From contig NC_068999.1 of the NCBI RefSeq assembly GCF_001194135.2, forward strand, positions 2,048,306-2,089,344: a stretch of DNA of 41,039 nucleotides, in the 5' to 3' direction. The notes under the pieces were generated by a model, which saw nothing but the letters and a program-made list of their open reading frames with translations, was not told where the DNA came from and searched no databases. Source of the DNA: Octopus bimaculoides. Taxonomy: Eukaryota. Of this stretch, positions 35,531-41,039 are shown piece after piece; the first letter of the stretch is position 1; each line of letters begins with the position of its first letter. Made by a program: the position numbers and the translations under genes.

Positions 35531-37153
35531 GTGTGTTTGTAAACACACGTCTACCCTCTGGTTACTCAAGTTTCTCCTAACACCCAGTTATGTGTTGTGG
35601 AGCCGTATTCATTTTTGTTGTTTTTTATTAAAAAAGGACACAAAATTGTGACAAGTTTCTGAAAATAAATGTAAACTTGTTTTAACATGTTGCATTGCTT
35701 ACTGGACATTCGTGTGTGTGTGTAGATAAGCACTGCTTGAGCAGTGACAGTTTCACAGCGCTTACATAATATTAAAAAAAGCTCTTTACCTTCTCTCAAT
35801 TAATGTCTGCGCTTAGTGACTTATGTGTTCGTGTGTGTGTGTGTGTGCACAACCCCCTTGCGTACCTGTATTGTCGTTTCTGTGTGTGTCGTAGTAATAA
35901 GCGTTGAAATTTTCCTGTGTACTCAATTGATTTTATTTTTATACATTAATACATAGCTCTGTGTGTGGGAGAGGGAGACAACACAATCGATCGTTGACAG
36001 GTGCTGCACCCCCAACCATACTGTCTGTCTGTGCGTATGTATTTTATACAGACACACACACACACACACATCTCCTACCTGAGTGCCTCACCTTGAAAGT
36101 AAAGAACGATTTCCTTTTCTGATGACCCTGTCCTTACCTCTCGTTCCTTCCCCTTTACCTGGTCACTCCTGCTGTTTGTTAATGGTCGGAGTGCCATTAG
36201 TAGAGAGATTGTTTTAATCTTGTGCAATCAGAAAGGGTGTTTTGCTGTTTTAAATTACAAAAGTGTAATTGTCTCCGGTTTGTATCGTTCATGAGAGGGT
36301 TGGGTATATAATTTCTTCCTGAACTACAAACATTATGACTGTGTGTGTGCATATCTGTAATTATTTGTGCGTAATATATTCTTTAGGGCTGTATAATGTG
36401 TATGTATATGTATTTATTATGTAGCGTGTCACCTTTTTATTGCTTCGTCACTCTGTACCTGTTAAGTTTTAATGCGACGTAATTGACTCGTTATATTACA
36501 GTGTGGATTATATCAGAGCTATTGGGTTTTTACTAAATTTCGTTCATTAAAAGGATTATAAGTCTTGTTTGGGATGTCCCCTTGTCAATTTTGGTGGCGT
36601 ATACAATTTCCCTTTAATTGAGCCTTACCAGAAAGTATATTTTAGAATCGGTGAGGTGGCATGTATTTGAAGCAGGTGTGATTGACTGGATGTCTGTATG
36701 TATGTTTGGTTGGATTTCTTTCTCTATTAAAAAATGTAGGGTAAAATGAGGGAGTGGGGGGAGGGGACACCGGAAAATGTTGCTTTGTCTACATTGTAGG
36801 GGAGATAAATGTTACGATACTTCGCGTGCCACAATTTTTTTTTTTTTTTAATCTAAAAAATATTAATTTCGCAGCTGTTTCCTAAATTTTTTGTCTTTTA
36901 CATTTTTAAGACTTTTGAATTGTATTGACGTTACTTTTAATAATTTTATTGATTATAGATGCTCATTATTTTTTTTTTTTTGTCCAGTAAGGGAAATAAC
37001 TCCTTCTCGGATGTTATCCGACTTGCTTCCCTTGATATTTGTTCCGAGTGCTCTCCCTTGAACTATTCTGAAGGTTTTAACTATAAAGGGGAGGGGGGTT
37101 TTCCAATTTTATTTATAATGTATTAATGGGTTGTTGTTTTTCTTTTTTTGCAG

Positions 37154-37178
37154 GGATTTCCTGTCGTCTGGAACAAAG
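37154..37178 (+). other. Candidate 25-nt microexon
   Basis: TTAAT branch-like site at 37123-37127, GTTGTTGTTTTTCTTTTTTTGCAG acceptor, AAG|GTAAAG donor at 37179. Confidence 0.5.
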
Positions 37179-38760
37179 GTAAAGGCGATTTTTATTATTG
37201 TTTCGTGTTTTATTTTACGTTTATTTTATTAAAATATGTTAACTACTTGGTCGTAATAAACTTTCATTAGTGCCTGAACTGTTTGTATGTAGGATTACTG
37301 CTGTGGTTACTTTTAGAAGTTTTGTCAGAGGACAGATACAGTCTGTGTGTGTGCTATATATATAAGGTAAATAAAGATGTTCTTTGTTCTTGTGGCTGTT
37401 GTATGTTTTTAGATAAAACGTTGGTCAAGTAAGTTAATGGACACATCAGCAGCAGCTTGTCGGGGGCGACCATGTGCTGACTAAATATTGACAACCTCTT
37501 TTTATTATAGAGAACAATGGGTCTTCATGTTGTTTACAGCTTTCTCGGTAGACTTTCTCTCTCTCTCTCTCTCTCTCTCTTCAGATACTGGCGACATTAA
37601 AGATAGGGCAATACAAAATGTATTCTCTCTATCTATCTATCTCTATATATAATGTAGCTGTTGGTTGTTAGCATTTGGGGAAGTATGGCCGTTTCCCATC
37701 AATAACTGCTTAAAAGCGAATTTGATTGATGTTCAGAAAACATTTTCTGTTTAATTATTTAATAAATAATAAGGCCTGTGTTGTTCCAACTGGTAGTTGC
37801 TAGTTAACTGCAGCGTTTCCAAACTTTTCATCAACGAGGCCCACTTTCTAAGGCATTCCAAGGAAACTGACTTGAGTTTTTTTTTTTTTTATGGAAAATC
37901 GTCTTGAAATAAATATAGCAGTGTGGCTTTCATTGTGTAGTACGTGCTTATGCATTTTACATTTTAATATCCCAAAGTAAGTGACTCCTAGACTGGAAAC
38001 TAGTAATGTGTCTTTCAGATTTCGTCATATTTAGCAATGACAGTCTTGGGGAAAAGCAGTTAGGGACCCCGTAGTCGTCGTCACTCTTGTGCCTCATTAG
38101 TAGTCGTCATCCTGCTGGGTGACACCCTTGGCATAAATCTGTTGCTATTAGTGTTAGGAGGAGGTAGTGATTGGGTCACTCCCATCAAGTTGTGTGTGTG
38201 TGACATATTCAGAATTAATTGTTGGTTGAGGGAGGAGGGAAGTTACATAAGGGTCCGGCTGTCCCTTCATGAGTAGGACGTATTACATTTTAACGTAGTG
38301 ATGCAGCTCTAAACCCACGGTAAAGTAACGAACGTGAGCTTTTGTTGTAAGGTCTAATCTTTGTAAATATGTGTGTTAGGATGAGGGCTGATTTTTAGAT
38401 AAAATCCAAGTTTGTAGTGAAACCACCTCCATCCTCGTTCACTGCCACTCCACTTTGGTGTCCAAGTGGAAACAGACCTAACCAACAGGTCTCCATTGTT
38501 CCTTCAAGTACCAATATCCTGTTGTGTCTTTCTGAATCCTTATCAGCTTCACCAAAACTTTATTAAGGAGTGCTTCATCCTTTGTTTTTAACATTCCAAA
38601 ACATTTTCTTTTCTCTATTTTATTGTCGGTGTAAGTTAAGGACCAACCCACACTTTTTTATGGGGGGGGGGGTTATACTATACAATATTTGTATCGTTAT
38701 TCTGAAATAATCTGGGAACCTATTTCACAAGGTTTTAAAGAGAAATGTTTCTGAGACTAT

Positions 38761-38890
38761 AAGAATAGGATGTAAGGCCTGAAATTGGTGATTGGTGTTT
38801 GCTTGTACTTTATTTTATCGACCCTGAAAGGATGAAAGCTAAAATAGGCCTGCGTGAGATTTGAACTCTGAATGAAAATAGCCAAAAGAA
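38761..38890 (-). mobile_element. SINE family B, degenerate
   Basis: AGGCCTGAAATT..TACTTTATTTTATCGACCCTGAAAGGATGAAAG..GATTTGAACTCTG. Confidence 0.75.
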
Positions 38891-38921
38891 AATCTACTAC
38901 AATGGCATTTTTCCCCGACAT

Positions 38922-38957
<36 letters not shown>

Positions 38958-39529
38958 ACATGGAGGTGTGATAATATATTCGTGATTGCTCTGTTAAAAG
39001 TTGTATTATTTCTGTTCTGTGTAAAAAATGTCCCAATAGTTTGTATGAGTGATGTTTTAGCAAAAAGTCATTTCCTCTCTCTCTCTCTTTAATATTTTAT
39101 ATCGCTGTTTGCTAGATTCTATGTTAATTGCTTGCCTTCTCTTCTTTATTGCAAATAACATTGCTAAATGTCAACACATTTTTCGAAATTATGTTAAAAT
39201 GTCTGAGTGGTGCTGCTCTGCCGGCGACGGCAGTGAGGTGGGGGAGGGCCTCAGAAAAGCGAGCTTTATACAGATTAATTTGTCTTAAATGTCATAAGAT
39301 GACTGGGATATTGTAATTGGCAGCATTTTGTGTGCTACTGGATGGAATATGATGGTTGCTCAGTTTTGAGTTGGTGAGGGCTGGGGGGGGGGGCTAACCC
39401 CCACCATACTTCCCCAAAGCAGAATGTTGCTCTTTGTGGTCTTTTTAAACTTCCATCCCAACACGGCTTTTTTAATACATGTGTGCGGTACAGGGAGTTG
39501 ATTAATTCTCGATCTCCTAGTTAAAGGGT

Positions 39530-39750
39530 TGGAGTACACCCGAGATTGTCACGGGTCTGTTGTGATTATACATCTACCTGGTCGGCAAAGGGAACTTCAT
39601 GTGCTAGAAATAACTGAAGGCAAACCTTCAGAATTGAATGGTTGATTATATAAGCCTTAGATATATTGTCTAGATGATAGATTCATCGGGGTGATCATAA
39701 TTGGAACTTCTTCGATTACAGGTTTACTGTACAGGACACTTAGTGTGGTG
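39530..39750 (+). mobile_element. Old degenerate interspersed repeat
   Basis: GTGCTAGAAATAAC..ATCGGGGTGATCATAATTGGAA; similar to 10985-11115 and to a recalled octopus repeat. Confidence 0.35.
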
Positions 39751-40059
39751 TTGTCATAGATATTGTTTGATGAGAGATTTTACTGGATCCAAACGGATCT
39801 TGGTGTAAATGACCACTTTTTTATGCTTAGCGTGTATCTCGGGGGGTCCCCTCCATATCTCTATGTACCAGATAAAATCTGCTTGGCTTGATGGCCCCTA
39901 TGCTACCTCTGAGTTTGTTCTACGGTCCATTGAATGAAACTAGAAAACTTAAAACAACAAAAAAGATTGTGTATTAGGAGTTTAAATGGTAGGGCGTGAT
40001 GAACTCTGCGATTTTGACCATAACATTCCAAGGGAAAGAACGGTAAATCTGTAGTTTAG

Positions 40060-40270
40060 CGCCGCAGCCAGGGGTACGGAGTTCGCTCGACCGTTATCGT
40101 GGTCCCTCTGTGTCCCTTTGCTTGATGTGTGTGTACTGAACCCGCCCTTGCTCTTTTTTTTTTTTTAACGTTGATTGCTTTTATCTTTCCATTGAACTCC
40201 TCACTCACCCATCCCCCTTCTCTTGTCCCATCGTACTCTGTCACCGCAACCGTTTTGGGCTTTGTGTGTG
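40060..40270. promoter_or_regulatory. Small CpG-rich block
   Basis: GCGCCGC, TCGCTCGACCG, CCCGCCC and CACCGCAACCG within about 200 bp. Confidence 0.25.
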
Positions 40271-40914
40271 TATAAACGTTGCTGGTGAACACACTTCCTC
40301 ATTGCTCATTAACCTCCTCCCCCTTAATTTCTTATGTTAATTATTTCATTAGCATCTACTTTTGGCAATTAATAATATTTGTTCTGGCATGTCGTCCCCC
40401 TCCCCTCATTAGCTTTCATTTTCATTTTGTTCATTTTTTTTTTCAATTACTTTCTTCTTCATTGTCACGTATTATTACTGTTTGTTAGTATTGTTTCATT
40501 ATCAGGTTTACATCATTAATTTTGTTTTTCTGTGTTTTTTCTTTTTTTTTTCCTCCTTTTAATAATTGTAATTGATTCTCGACGCCGCCGCCACTGTACA
40601 CTCCCTCCATGTCCCACACCCTCTTACCTTTTCTATCTCTTTTGTTTGTTTGTTTGTTTCTTTCCCATTTCATGTTCTACTTATTTATTCATGCTGATAT
40701 TAAAGCTGGAATGTGGACACTTCGGTAATGCTTTACCACATGGGACCTTTCGCTCTCCTCCTCCTCCTCCCTCTATTTACCTATGTTTTTACCTTCCCTC
40801 TCCACCACCTCCCTCATATTTGCCGCCTTTTCTCTCGAAATGAATGCGCAGAGAAGAGAGAGAGGTGCAGTTTCTTGAATGTTAACTTTTACATATTTCA
40901 CTGGAAACGATCGC

Positions 40915-40917
<3 letters not shown>

Positions 40918-40950
<33 letters not shown>
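40918..40950. repeat. (TA)n microsatellite
   Basis: Seen directly. Confidence 0.95.
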
Positions 40951-40953
<3 letters not shown>

Positions 40954-41039
40954 GATATATATCTTCGTATATAATATTTAGAGTATGTACTCTTGTGTGT
41001 GTGTGTATGTATAATTTAAAATATGAAGTGTTTCTGGTG

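Noticed and set aside
463-40952. All ORFs in the supplied six-frame track
   Set aside because: They are short, mostly microsatellite- or TE-derived (YIYI, THTH, SLSL runs), many use non-ATG starts, and none has a recognisable domain. The only protein motifs I found (RTE) are in broken frames not listed in the track.
1-41039. CRISPR-like arrays and conserved bilaterian miRNAs (let-7, miR-1, 9, 10, 31, 71, 124, 133, 137, 317, bantam)
   Set aside because: There is no regularly spaced repeat-spacer array. Only partial seed-length matches were seen by eye, none full length or in a matching hairpin. A formal search was not possible.

Overview
This is AT-rich eukaryotic, essentially non-coding DNA with five short N gaps. 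The recurrent tRNA-derived SINEs, RTE-clade LINE remnants, TTAA-flanked MITEs and dense TA/TG/CT microsatellites look like those I recall from octopus genomes; the taxon is an inference, not checked. None of the supplied ORFs is a credible gene, and there is no CRISPR array, rRNA, intact tRNA or prokaryotic operon. The best reading is the 5' end and long introns of a + strand gene that I cannot name. Its best-supported piece is a 148-nt exon at 6406-6553 ending ATG AAC GG|GTGAGT. Other candidates are a CCAAT-box promoter near 34.5 kb and a 25-nt microexon at 37154-37178. The window splits into CpG-retaining, TE-poor domains (about 3.7-13.9 kb and 33.8-38.7 kb) and CpG-depleted, SINE-dense domains (about 0-3.6 kb and 14-33.7 kb). 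I found no strongly supported new biological system. The best leads are a tail-to-tail retroposon inverted repeat with A:C mismatches (candidate ADAR substrate), three pre-miRNA-like hairpins, and the multi-promoter/microexon architecture. TE boundaries were read by eye and are approximate.
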